DNA from: a virus
Length of the DNA stretch: 64,000 nt
Reading direction: 5' to 3' (one strand)
IMG/VR virus record: IMGVR_UViG_3300009481_003844
Shown: positions 47,089 through 57,130 of the stretch, piece by piece
How the letters are laid out: the number at the start of each line of letters is the position of its first letter
Position numbering within the stretch: the first letter of the stretch is position 1
Position numbers and translations under genes: made by a program
The notes under the pieces: model-generated
Told to the model about the DNA's origin: nothing
What the model saw: the letters and a program-made list of their open reading frames with translations, nothing else
The model's database searches: none

Positions 47089-47446
47089 AGACATGAATAT
47101 CGCATTGAAATATGGTTTAAAATTGATAAAAGAAGAATCTGTTCGAATGCCTGATATGACAACTTTACAATTACAATTGATTATAGAATGTGTGAGGGGA
47201 GGCGGTGGAACCGTTCCAGAAAGTACACAATCTGTTATTGGATATGATGACTTGACAGATAAAGATATAGATGTTTTTAGAAAAACAATTCAAAAAGAAT
47301 TGAATTTGTCGGATGATGATATGATTATAAATGATAATGATGAATTAAAAAATTATGTTTCAAAGACTGTTCATAGTAGTGCATGTTTGATAGGAAATGC
47401 TAAAAAAATTAATGGATCCACTGAATATTGGCAAGATGTCGGATGA
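47072..47446 (+). CDS. Hypothetical acidic protein
   Basis: 124 aa ORF coupled to neighbours. Confidence 0.55.
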   Translation: MLNLIEDMNIALKYGLKLIKEESVRMPDMTTLQLQLIIECVRGGGGTVPESTQSVIGYDDLTDKDIDVFRKTIQKELNLSDDDMIINDNDELKNYVSKTVHSSACLIGNAKKINGSTEYWQDVG

Positions 47447-47934
47447 TTTTTGATAAAATTTTACATAAAAATATTTATAATTATGGTATAGATTATGAAT
47501 TTAGAAAAAGAAATAAAGGCGATAGTATAGAATTTTATATTATTGAAGAATGTAGTAATGAAAAAGAATATAAATTTTATGTTTCTTCATATAGACCTTT
47601 GATAAAAAAATCGGGTTTAAAAAATCGAAATGGAGATTCTGATTATGCTTTGTTGTGGACTGATTTTCCAGAAAGAATTGATGATGCATTTGATAAGCAA
47701 ATGCAATGGCATTATAATAGAAATGTGGGTCTTGCTGATGTTGATTATAAAATTTCTTCTTTGATAATAAATCCTCATGGTATATTTTTTTATAGTTTGG
47801 GTAGTAATTTATATGTTCATGATTTAAAAATTTCAAACTATCAATTTTTTAATTCAACAGTATTAGAAAAAAATGTTTATTGGCAAATTGATCCTGTAAA
47901 ATTAAACTTTATACGTAAATATGAGATAATATGA
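47428..47934 (+). CDS. Hypothetical protein
   Basis: 168 aa ORF. Confidence 0.55.
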   Translation: MARCRMIFDKILHKNIYNYGIDYEFRKRNKGDSIEFYIIEECSNEKEYKFYVSSYRPLIKKSGLKNRNGDSDYALLWTDFPERIDDAFDKQMQWHYNRNVGLADVDYKISSLIINPHGIFFYSLGSNLYVHDLKISNYQFFNSTVLEKNVYWQIDPVKLNFIRKYEII

Positions 47935-49211
47935 AATGGACTGGTGATCCCAATTGGAATTATATTTTTGATGGCAGATTCTATACAAAAGAAGATTTAA
48001 AATGGATGGGGGCTAGTGAATCTCCAGGAGAAATATTAAAAACTCCTGAGGATTGGGATGCTTCTATAAAAAAATTAAGTGAAAAAACGGATCGATATAC
48101 GTGTATATATGAACCAGTGAAATGGGAACGTAATGATGTATTAAAAAAAATTTATGAAAATATACATCCCGAAAATGCTTCAAATACATTTTATTGTAAT
48201 GGAGATTTGAGACTTGAACAAAATCATGAAAAATTATTAAAAACATATAATTTTGATTTTCGTATAAATGTATATACATTTCCATGGATACCTATACAAT
48301 CTTGGATATGGAGAGATAAAAAATATACAGAAAAAAGTGGAATGAAGGGATGTTTTGGAGATACGTATATAAAACATGCGAAATTAGATTATCATAAAAA
48401 GTATAAAATAGTTTGTCCAGTTAATCATCCAAAAATTAACAGAGTAATGACTTTAGGTAAATTTGCTCAACATCATGAATTTGCATATTCATTTAAAAAT
48501 ACTGATACTGTAAATATTGATGGTTCTTTTAATGATGATGAGTTTTGGTATTATTTAACTCATGACATAGAATGTAGAGATAAGAAAAAATGGTCTTGGT
48601 CTAAAGATGGTAATTATATTGAAGGAGATGATTTTGTATTACCGGTTGATCATGGTATTAAATTTCCTATAAATGATTTTGATATTAGCACACAAAAAAG
48701 TTTAACAGATATATTACAAGTCCCATCAGTTTGGCCCGAAGATTTACAAGAAAATGATTATCACAATTATTTTCCAACATTGGAATGGTTACAATCTCAT
48801 ATTGAACTAATACATGAAACTTATTGTGTTAATAGTGGTGTTTTTAGTGAAAAAACAGCTAAGGTAATCGGACTTCAAAAACCCTTTCTTACCATTGGTT
48901 GTCAAAATTGGTATAAGCATTTTAAATCTTTTGGATTTAAATTATATGATGAATTATTTGATTATACGTTTGATTCAATGCCTTCTTATAAAGATAGATG
49001 GGAAAATATTATGCAACAATGTGAAAATATTTTAGAAACTTCACATGATGAATTGAATGATAAAATAGAAAAAATACAACCAAAACTTGACCACAATAAA
49101 GAAGTAATGAAAAGTATTGGAAGATCATATATGAATAGAGTTGTTGATGCTTGGTTATTAGCTAATAGAATTCTATCACTTTCTTTTGGATTTGCAAATG
49201 ATAAAAAATGA
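47931..49211 (+). CDS. GT10-like protein, paralog 3
   Basis: IHETY...FSEKT.K...KPFL.IG...GF.LYDE.FDY.FD. Confidence 0.5.
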   Translation: MKWTGDPNWNYIFDGRFYTKEDLKWMGASESPGEILKTPEDWDASIKKLSEKTDRYTCIYEPVKWERNDVLKKIYENIHPENASNTFYCNGDLRLEQNHEKLLKTYNFDFRINVYTFPWIPIQSWIWRDKKYTEKSGMKGCFGDTYIKHAKLDYHKKYKIVCPVNHPKINRVMTLGKFAQHHEFAYSFKNTDTVNIDGSFNDDEFWYYLTHDIECRDKKKWSWSKDGNYIEGDDFVLPVDHGIKFPINDFDISTQKSLTDILQVPSVWPEDLQENDYHNYFPTLEWLQSHIELIHETYCVNSGVFSEKTAKVIGLQKPFLTIGCQNWYKHFKSFGFKLYDELFDYTFDSMPSYKDRWENIMQQCENILETSHDELNDKIEKIQPKLDHNKEVMKSIGRSYMNRVVDAWLLANRILSLSFGFANDKK

Positions 49212-50178
49212 ATGGGATAAATTAAAAGAAGTTATTGTAGGAATTTCATATTCTAATTGTAATATAAATGGATTAGATAGAGTTATTGAAGAAACAAATG
49301 AAGATTTGGATGATCTAGAAAATATTTTTAAAGATTTAGGAGTAACTGTATATCGACCAAATCAACCAAAATTTTCTTTAGATGTACATCATCCAATAAT
49401 GCCTAGAGATATTTTAGGTTTTTTTGATGATGTAATTGTTAAAGCATATGGCGCAGTTTATTCACGTATTGAAGAACATAAATGTTATGAAGATATAATA
49501 AACGGACAATGTTTATTAGAAATGCCAGTTCCTAAAATAATTAAAACTGAGGAATATGAAATTGTACAAAATCATACGAATAAAATAAAAATGCAACAAC
49601 GATATGATAAATATGAAGATGAAGTGCTTTTTGAAACTGCGAATATTTTGAAATGTAATGATATGTTATTACATACACAGACCGCCAGTAAAGATACTGC
49701 AAATGGTAAAGGAACAGAAAAAGGATTAAACTGGTTGAAATCAAAATTTCCTGAAAAACAATGGGTGGAAATTCCTGCAGGAGGACATGCAGATGGAAAA
49801 TTAGCATTATTAAGAGAAGGTCTATTGTTGACTTGGAGAGAAGATTATATTCCTGATGAGTTGAAACATTGGGATAAAATAATAGTTCAGGATAATGCAG
49901 AGTTTCCTAAAGAATTTGTTGAGCAAAGAAAAAAACAATATTATACAGAATATGTAATGAAATATCTTTCTGATTGGGTTGGGTATGCAAGTGAAACTTG
50001 GTTTGATGTTAATTGTATTTCAGTAGATCCTAATACGATTATTACTGTAGGCAAAAATAAAGAAAATATTAAACAACTTGAAAAATATGATATTGATGTA
50101 GTTGTATGGAATTATAGACATCGTTATTTTTGGGATGGAGGGGCTCATTGTTGTACTCAGGACATATCAAGAATATAG
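49198..50178 (+). CDS. Second amidinotransferase-family protein
   Basis: NEWD.LKEVIVG, MPRD, GHADG, WDGGAHCCT; Glu at the usual catalytic Asp position (LFETAN). Confidence 0.85.
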   Translation: MIKNEWDKLKEVIVGISYSNCNINGLDRVIEETNEDLDDLENIFKDLGVTVYRPNQPKFSLDVHHPIMPRDILGFFDDVIVKAYGAVYSRIEEHKCYEDIINGQCLLEMPVPKIIKTEEYEIVQNHTNKIKMQQRYDKYEDEVLFETANILKCNDMLLHTQTASKDTANGKGTEKGLNWLKSKFPEKQWVEIPAGGHADGKLALLREGLLLTWREDYIPDELKHWDKIIVQDNAEFPKEFVEQRKKQYYTEYVMKYLSDWVGYASETWFDVNCISVDPNTIITVGKNKENIKQLEKYDIDVVVWNYRHRYFWDGGAHCCTQDISRI

Positions 50179-50230
50179 CAGGAAGATAAATAGTTAAAAA
50201 TAATTAAGAACAATCTCAGAGGAACAAATT

Positions 50231-50830
50231 ATGTATATAACAAACAATAAAATTACAACAGATTTGGATCTATCTTCTTCTATAGAACTATTAAATAAAA
50301 TAAAATTTGCTCTTTTTTCTTCAGATGAAAGTTTGTTAAATTTTGATCTTTCTAATGCATTGAATTATGAACTTCCTAGATTGTATGTTATGGAAAGTAA
50401 TAATATTATGAATTTTATTGAATTTTATAAATCTGAACCAGATATAGATACAAAGAATTCATTAAAATCCTATTGTGCCCAACATCTTACTTGGACAAAT
50501 ACTTTATTTCATGTAACTGTATCTGATGCATTAGTAACTACAATTAACAAAGTTTTTACTAATTTTACAACAGCAATGGGTAGTGATGTAGATGAAAGAA
50601 TTGAATCTGCTACTGGTAGTCCATTATATGATGCAACAACTACAATAGGAACAAATTTGGACTCTGTTGATTTGACTAATATTGATTCAGAGACAGCTAA
50701 AACTTCATGGACGGAAAAAGAATTAAAAGATTTGGGAATTTTTATGTTACAAGCATCAGGAAGTATTCCATATGATTTAATTAAAGATGATGTATTGGTT
50801 GTTTTAAGTGATTCACCTACAAGTTTATAG
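50231..50830 (+). CDS. Hypothetical acidic, Thr/Ser-rich protein
   Basis: GAGGA RBS; own intergenic leader containing GATAAATA. Confidence 0.6.
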   Translation: MYITNNKITTDLDLSSSIELLNKIKFALFSSDESLLNFDLSNALNYELPRLYVMESNNIMNFIEFYKSEPDIDTKNSLKSYCAQHLTWTNTLFHVTVSDALVTTINKVFTNFTTAMGSDVDERIESATGSPLYDATTTIGTNLDSVDLTNIDSETAKTSWTEKELKDLGIFMLQASGSIPYDLIKDDVLVVLSDSPTSL

Positions 50831-50853
50831 ATTTTTTAAAAATATATTATTTA

Positions 50854-52284
50854 ATGATTGATAAAGATCCTGAAAATCTTCCCTCATCTACTTTTTGTGC
50901 ATTACCGTGGATGCACATTTCTACTCGCCCCAATGGACATATGCGTGTATGTTGTACTGCAAATGCATCCGCAGTACAAGATAAAGATTCAACAAATAAA
51001 ACAATTTCAGAAGCAGGTGTTCTTAGGAGAGATGATGGAAAGCCTGCCAATTTAGCAACAACAAGTTTACTAGATGCATGGAATAATGAATATATGAAAT
51101 CCGTGCGAAAGATGATGCTTAGAGGTGAACGTCCTGCATCTTGTCTAAAATGTTTTAAGGAGGAAGATGCTGGACATAGATCAAAACGACAATGGGAAAC
51201 AGCAAAATGGGTTAACGAAATTGGACTTGAGGAAATTATTGATGAAACCACAGTTGAAGGAGCCGTTCCACCTAAAGTACGGTATATTGATCTTCGGCTT
51301 GGTAGTAAGTGTCAGCTTGCATGTGTTATGTGTAGTCCTCATGATTCATCTAAGTGGGTAAAAGAGTATAAAGAAATATATCCAGAAATAAAAAATCCTA
51401 GATTAAAAGATTCGCAATTATGGGAAAAGGAATCTGGAAAATTAGCTTGGTCTGGTGGATCATATGCTTGGCATAAATCAAATCCCAATTTCTGGGAAGA
51501 ATTTTATACTCAAGTGCCAACTCTTAAACAATTATATTGGGCTGGCGGTGAATCATTAATTATGAAAGAACATTATGAAGTTCTTGAAAAAATTATTGAG
51601 ATGGGTTATGCTAAAGATATTGAAGTTAGATATAATTCGAATGGACTTGAATGGGATTCTAATTTGTTTGATCTTTGGAAAGAATATAAGAATGTTATTT
51701 TTCATTTTAGTGTAGATTCATATAAAGAAAAAAATCATTTCATTAGATATCCTTCTCGTTGGAAAAGAATTGTAAAACAAATGCATGTGTTAGATGATTA
51801 TCCTCATGGTAATCTTAGATTGACAACAGCAACTACAATTACTGCTCTCAATATTTTTTATCTTCCAGAATTTATAAGTTGGAAATTAGAAGAAGATTGG
51901 AAATTACTTAATAAATTTCCTGCTGGTGCTGGTATGATTGATTTGCATCTTGCATATTGGCCCCCCCAATTAAATTGTAAGGTATTACCTAAATGGTTTA
52001 AACGAGATGTAACTGATAAATTCGAAGAGTTTTATCCATGGCTTGAAGAGAATTGGAAAAAATGTAATGGAGTTGAGGTCGAAAATATCGACTTCAAAGA
52101 GTGGAGAGAATTGCCGTATGGTATAAAAAGACTTGAGGGCCTTGTGTCTTTTATGAACTCTGAAGATTGGTCTGAAAGATTGCCCGAAACTGCTGAATGG
52201 TGTTTTACTATTGCAAAGACAAGAAACTTAGATTTTATAAAAATATTTCCTGATTTAGAATGGCTGGAGTGGTATGCAAATTGA
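50854..52284 (+). CDS. Radical SAM protein with N-terminal Twitch domain
   Basis: FCALPW.H...CC...C.KC; CQLACVMC..HDSS.W; AGGE; YNSNG. Confidence 0.93.
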   Translation: MIDKDPENLPSSTFCALPWMHISTRPNGHMRVCCTANASAVQDKDSTNKTISEAGVLRRDDGKPANLATTSLLDAWNNEYMKSVRKMMLRGERPASCLKCFKEEDAGHRSKRQWETAKWVNEIGLEEIIDETTVEGAVPPKVRYIDLRLGSKCQLACVMCSPHDSSKWVKEYKEIYPEIKNPRLKDSQLWEKESGKLAWSGGSYAWHKSNPNFWEEFYTQVPTLKQLYWAGGESLIMKEHYEVLEKIIEMGYAKDIEVRYNSNGLEWDSNLFDLWKEYKNVIFHFSVDSYKEKNHFIRYPSRWKRIVKQMHVLDDYPHGNLRLTTATTITALNIFYLPEFISWKLEEDWKLLNKFPAGAGMIDLHLAYWPPQLNCKVLPKWFKRDVTDKFEEFYPWLEENWKKCNGVEVENIDFKEWRELPYGIKRLEGLVSFMNSEDWSERLPETAEWCFTIAKTRNLDFIKIFPDLEWLEWYAN

Positions 52285-53026
52285 AATTCCCAAAACAATA
52301 CGTAAATTGAAACAAAAATTCATTGAAGAACTTTATTCAAAATATGAGGGCGAAGATGTTTGGAAAAATCTAAGACATTATAAAGACAAATGTTATGAAG
52401 AAAAGTTTGTAAATACTATAGGTATTTGGATGTCGGGTGGAGCAGATAGTTCAATGTTAGCATATTTACTTGCTAAAAAAATTAAAGAAGAAAATTTAAA
52501 TATAAAAATTCAACCTTTGTCTGTTAGAAGAGGAAGACCTAATAATCCAATATATGCTGGAAATGTTATAGATTGGATTGAAGAAGAATTAAATATTAAA
52601 ATGAATGATCATATCATATATTTTCCAGATATTACAGATAAGCATCAACGAGAAATAAAAGAATTTTGGGATAGAGATGATGAAAATTTTAGAAATGATT
52701 TATTTCAAATTCTTTATTCTGGAATAACGTGTAATCCTCCTGTTAATGATAAAACTATTCCTTTAAATAAAGAACGTAGTAGAGATGAAAATGCGGATAG
52801 ACCTTTAATATCAGAAAATGGAATTCGTTATTATTTAAATCCTTTTTTTGATATAAACAAAAAACAATTAGCAGAATTATATAAAGAAAATAATTTATTA
52901 AATACTCTTTTTTCTCAAACTTATAGTTGTGAGGGAGAGGCCGAAGACACTAAAACACATACTCAGCATTGTGAAAAATGTTGGTGGTGTCAAGAAAGAT
53001 TTTGGGCGTTTGGAAGATATGTATAA
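52274..53026 (+). CDS. QueC-like PP-loop ATPase (7-cyano-7-deazaguanine synthase-like)
   Basis: SGGADSS PP-loop; PF...NK; TYSC...HCEKCWWC.ER zinc site. Confidence 0.75.
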   Translation: MQIEIPKTIRKLKQKFIEELYSKYEGEDVWKNLRHYKDKCYEEKFVNTIGIWMSGGADSSMLAYLLAKKIKEENLNIKIQPLSVRRGRPNNPIYAGNVIDWIEEELNIKMNDHIIYFPDITDKHQREIKEFWDRDDENFRNDLFQILYSGITCNPPVNDKTIPLNKERSRDENADRPLISENGIRYYLNPFFDINKKQLAELYKENNLLNTLFSQTYSCEGEAEDTKTHTQHCEKCWWCQERFWAFGRYV

Positions 53027-54155
53027 TATTGAAGATCAATCAAATCGATATCAAATAATATGGGATCTTGGAAGAAGATGTTCATATGCATGTTCCTATT
53101 GTCCGCCTCATAGAAATAATAAAACATCCTCGTTTGTAAATTATAAAACATTATGTAAGTCTATGGATAATGTTGCAGAATATGCGTTGCTTTATGATAC
53201 ATTTAGAAAAAAACCTGCTAAGAAAAAATTGAGCTTTACTGGTGGTGAACCAACAGTACACCCTGATTTTTTTAGATTTTTAAAATATGTAAAAAAAGAA
53301 TATCCTGATTTTAGTCGAGGATTGACAACTAATGGATGGTTTGGTAATAATATTTTAGATAAAGTTTTATCATTGACTACGGGAGGAACATTATCTTATC
53401 ATTGTGAAGCAACAAAGAAACAAAAACAACAAGTAATATCAAATGCAATATATTTAAGACAAAAATATAAAGTTAATGTGATGTTTCATAAAGATTATTT
53501 TGAAGAATGTATAGATGTATGTGAAAAATTAGAAAAAAATAGTGTAGATTATGTACCAAGAATTATAGGAGATGATAATCCTAACGATAAAAAGTCTATA
53601 ATATTGGGTTATACACATAAGTATAATAAAGATCAAATGAAATGGTTTCGTAACTATTGGAAACAAAGGGGACAAAATGTCTCAGAAAAAGGAAACACTC
53701 AAAAAGGACTGGGAAGACCGTGTTGTGGAGGAAGGTGTTTCAAGGCAGACGGTGTGGATACTTATTTTTTGCCTGACACTAATTTTTTGGGGTGGAATTG
53801 CATGGTTAATTGGTACTTTCTTTTTTTAAATTCTGAATTAGATGCAGTTTATACACATCAAACTTGTGGAGTTAATTTAAATGGTGAAGTTGCTCCTTTA
53901 GGAAAAATATCAGAGTTTGATAAAATCATAGATGACTTAGCAGATAATATGTATCAAAAAAAGGTACCTATGATTACTTGCCCAAAAACTTTTTGTGGAT
54001 GCGGTATGTGCATTACAAAATCTAAAGACTCTATAGATGAAATGTTTAATCGACACGTAATTGATGAGTTAAATTATGAAAAAGTATCTCAAAAAACAAG
54101 TGATTGGAATACAGATTTAACAGTTAAAAAATTATTTGAAAATAATGTGTTATGA
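53019..54155 (+). CDS. Radical SAM protein with C-terminal Cys-rich SPASM-like domain
   Basis: WDLGRRCSYACSYCP; TGGEPT; GW.C; C..G.L; C....C.CG.C. Confidence 0.9.
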   Translation: MYNIEDQSNRYQIIWDLGRRCSYACSYCPPHRNNKTSSFVNYKTLCKSMDNVAEYALLYDTFRKKPAKKKLSFTGGEPTVHPDFFRFLKYVKKEYPDFSRGLTTNGWFGNNILDKVLSLTTGGTLSYHCEATKKQKQQVISNAIYLRQKYKVNVMFHKDYFEECIDVCEKLEKNSVDYVPRIIGDDNPNDKKSIILGYTHKYNKDQMKWFRNYWKQRGQNVSEKGNTQKGLGRPCCGGRCFKADGVDTYFLPDTNFLGWNCMVNWYFLFLNSELDAVYTHQTCGVNLNGEVAPLGKISEFDKIIDDLADNMYQKKVPMITCPKTFCGCGMCITKSKDSIDEMFNRHVIDELNYEKVSQKTSDWNTDLTVKKLFENNVL

Positions 54156-55240
54156 AACATTTTTGCATGGCTCCTTTTGTACACATTCAAAGAAATTCTT
54201 TTGGTGAATTTAATCCTTGTTGTATGTTTAGTGATAGAATTTATTCTGAATATAATTCTATATACGAAGCATTCAATAGTGGAGAGAATAATAATCTTAG
54301 ACAAAGAATGTTAAATGATGAAAAAATAGAAGGATGTAATAAATGTTATAGAGATGAGTCTTTGGGAAAACACAGTTATAGACAACGTTTTAATGAAAGA
54401 TATAAACAAGAATATATTGATAATCCAAAAATAAAAGAATTAGAATTAGCATTAAGTAATAAATGTAATTATAAATGTGTAGACTGTAATACGAAATTTA
54501 GTTCTTCTTGGTATGAAGATGATCTGTTATTAGAAAGAACACACTATACTTTTAAAGGACGAGATGTAAAAAATACAATTCATGAAGAAGATTTTAAAAT
54601 CATGGATTTGAATGAAATAAAAATTTTAGGGGGCGAGCCATTTTTAGATAAAAGATATATTGATGTTTTTAAAAAAATAGATGCTGAAAATATTAAGTTG
54701 TTTCTTGTTACAAATAATTCTGTTTTCCCTAATAAAGAATGGATAGAACAATTAAAAAGATTTAAACATATTAATTTTAATATTAGTATTGATGGTGTTC
54801 ATGAAGTTGCAGAATTTGTAAGATATGGAACTAAATTTATAAAATTTGAAAAAAATTATAAAAAATGGTTGGATTTAAATTTTCATAATATAGACATAAT
54901 TCCTCATTTTGTTTTTCATTCTTTAAATGTTTTAAACTTTGATCAGACGATAGATTGGTTAATTGATGTTTATGATTCAGATATAGAAACAATATTAAAT
55001 TATATTTCCTATGATTTTTTATCAATGCCTGAAATGTTAAATTGTTCATTTTTAACGGATGAATGTAAAAATATGATTGTTGATAATAGTGTTTATTTTA
55101 AAAATGAATTAGAAAATTTTCTTGAAAGCAATTCATATAATTCGACATATATTGATGAATTGAAAAAATTTGTTTCTTTTTTGAATTTAAGAAGTGAAAT
55201 ACCCAATCAATCTTTTCAAGTTATATCATGTTTAAAATAA
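54152..55240 (+). CDS. Radical SAM protein with N-terminal Twitch domain
   Basis: FCMAPF.H...PCC...C.KC; CNYKCVDC; GGEPF; TNNS; SIDG. Confidence 0.92.
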   Translation: MKHFCMAPFVHIQRNSFGEFNPCCMFSDRIYSEYNSIYEAFNSGENNNLRQRMLNDEKIEGCNKCYRDESLGKHSYRQRFNERYKQEYIDNPKIKELELALSNKCNYKCVDCNTKFSSSWYEDDLLLERTHYTFKGRDVKNTIHEEDFKIMDLNEIKILGGEPFLDKRYIDVFKKIDAENIKLFLVTNNSVFPNKEWIEQLKRFKHINFNISIDGVHEVAEFVRYGTKFIKFEKNYKKWLDLNFHNIDIIPHFVFHSLNVLNFDQTIDWLIDVYDSDIETILNYISYDFLSMPEMLNCSFLTDECKNMIVDNSVYFKNELENFLESNSYNSTYIDELKKFVSFLNLRSEIPNQSFQVISCLK

Positions 55241-56214
55241 ATGTTATAGAAATAGAATTGTCATCTCTTTGTAACGCAAAATGTTCTGCATGTATGCGTA
55301 CTATATTAGATGAACGTGGAAAATATTATTTAAAAGATAATTTGCCTTTGAATGAAATTGAATCGTGGTTTAATGACATAGATTTATCAAATACTAAAAT
55401 AAAAATGTGTGGAGTATTGGGTGATCCAATGATTAATCCGGAATTGCATGATATTGTTTTTTATTTTTTATATGAAAAACATGTAAGAGATATTGAAATG
55501 TCTACGAATGGTGGTACTCGTACACTTGATTTCTGGAAAGAATTGGGTATGTTATCAAAAAATTCGAATAAAAGATTTTATGTTCATTGGGCTATTGATG
55601 GAGTTACAAAAAATGACTATAGAGAAAACGTTGTACTCGATAGAGTATGGAATAATATTAATGCTTACCATTCTACTGGCGGCCATAGTATCTGGCAGTA
55701 TATCATTTTTGATTATAATGAAGACGAAGTTGAAATGGCCAGAGAAAAAGCAAAAGAAAATGGAATGAAATTTGCAACTCGTAAAAGTTGGAGAAATAAT
55801 TCAGATTTTGCTAAAGTTAAATCTAGGGCCGCTAAAGAAATTGATGCTGAAAAGTATGAAGAAGTTGAAAAACGAGCATATGAGAAATCATATGAAGATG
55901 CAAAAATTGTATGTAGACATAAAGTAAAAGGAGAAATATACATTGGTGCAAATAGAAGATTGTGGCCTTGTTGTCATTTATATGATGAAGATGTTGCTCA
56001 AAAAAATAATTCTATGAAACATTTATTTGAGTCTGTGGGACACAATTTTAATGATTTAAATAAACATAGTATAAAAGATATTTTATCTGGTGAGTGGTAT
56101 AAAAAGACTTTAGAAGATAGTTGGAATAAATTTCATCCTATGCATTTGCCTAGATGTTATTTGACATGTGGAGATGAAGGAAAACGAGCGGTTATTAAAA
56201 ATGTGGAAAACTAA
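55228..56214 (+). CDS. Radical SAM protein with C-terminal SPASM/Twitch domain
   Basis: CNAKCSAC; CG.LGDP; TNGG; IDG; VC..K..IYI....WPCC...C..TCG. Confidence 0.92.
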   Translation: MFKINVIEIELSSLCNAKCSACMRTILDERGKYYLKDNLPLNEIESWFNDIDLSNTKIKMCGVLGDPMINPELHDIVFYFLYEKHVRDIEMSTNGGTRTLDFWKELGMLSKNSNKRFYVHWAIDGVTKNDYRENVVLDRVWNNINAYHSTGGHSIWQYIIFDYNEDEVEMAREKAKENGMKFATRKSWRNNSDFAKVKSRAAKEIDAEKYEEVEKRAYEKSYEDAKIVCRHKVKGEIYIGANRRLWPCCHLYDEDVAQKNNSMKHLFESVGHNFNDLNKHSIKDILSGEWYKKTLEDSWNKFHPMHLPRCYLTCGDEGKRAVIKNVEN

Positions 56215-57130
56215 AACAGTAGAATGGATCGATGTTGAATTAACATCATTTTGTAATATAGCATGTCCTGGTTGTTTGAGACAAGAAAAAAGAAAACAAG
56301 TAGATCATATTTTAGATAAAGATATGATACAATTTTCTGATTTGCAAAAATGGATCAGAAAAGAAGATTTCCCTAATTTAAAATTGCTTAATTTTTGTGG
56401 ATCTGTAGATGAGCCCACAACACATCCTGAATTATTAGATATAGTAGAATATTTTTTAACATTTACAGAGATAAATATTGCATCCAATGGATCGACTAAG
56501 ACAAAAGATTTTTGGAAAAAATTAGGAGAATATGGTGTATCTGTATTTTTTGGTATTGATGGTATAGATCAGAAATCGTTAGAGAAATATAGAATAGGTT
56601 CTAGTTTTAAAAAAATACAGGAAAATTATAGAGCATTTATTAAAGCGGGGGGTAATGCTACTTGGCAATTTATAGTATTTGAACATAATGAACATCTTTT
56701 GGAAGATGCAAAAGCTCTTTCAGAAAAAGAAGGATTTACAAATTTTAGAACAATATTTTCTCATAGAAAAGGAAGTGGAGAGATTGAAAAAAAGACAGTT
56801 GAAGAACAAGAGATATATTGTAAGTATGGACATCAAAAAAGACTTTTTATAAATCATACAGGAGCTTTGATACCATGTTGTTATTTAAACTCTGAAGCAC
56901 TTGAATTACATGCTAATGAAACTATTAAAACTAAATTTGGGACAAAATATATGGAATTAGATGGAGTGTTATCAAATAATCTTAAATATAATACAGTATC
57001 GGAAGTATTGAATGGAGAATTATTTAAATATATTATTGAATCTTGGAATGATGATCCAGTTGAAAAGTGTTGGCAAACATGTAAACAGAAAAAAAGAGAT
57101 ATTTTTATAGATGAGAAAGTAACATGCTGA
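56201..57130 (+). CDS. Radical SAM protein with C-terminal SPASM/Twitch domain
   Basis: CNIACPGC; CGSVDEP; SNGS; FGIDG; YC...FI...G..PCC...C..TC; start placed at GTG/ATG near the upstream stop (exact start uncertain, 56168-56201). Confidence 0.88.
   Translation: MWKTKTVEWIDVELTSFCNIACPGCLRQEKRKQVDHILDKDMIQFSDLQKWIRKEDFPNLKLLNFCGSVDEPTTHPELLDIVEYFLTFTEINIASNGSTKTKDFWKKLGEYGVSVFFGIDGIDQKSLEKYRIGSSFKKIQENYRAFIKAGGNATWQFIVFEHNEHLLEDAKALSEKEGFTNFRTIFSHRKGSGEIEKKTVEEQEIYCKYGHQKRLFINHTGALIPCCYLNSEALELHANETIKTKFGTKYMELDGVLSNNLKYNTVSEVLNGELFKYIIESWNDDPVEKCWQTCKQKKRDIFIDEKVTC

Noticed and set aside
47072-47446. Acyl carrier protein resemblance (IGYDDL vs LGxDSL)
   Set aside because: The phosphopantetheine-accepting Ser is absent and similarity is weak
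47428-47934. Kinase-like catalytic loop (DVDYKISSLII)
   Set aside because: No Asn of DxKxxN, no DFG and no Gly-rich loop; not supportable
26375-50178. Saxitoxin-like toxin cluster (amidinotransferase, carbamoyltransferase, sulfotransferase, GDSL, PhyH families co-occur)
   Set aside because: No SxtA-like PKS/AONS starter or Rieske oxygenases; shared families alone do not indicate the same product
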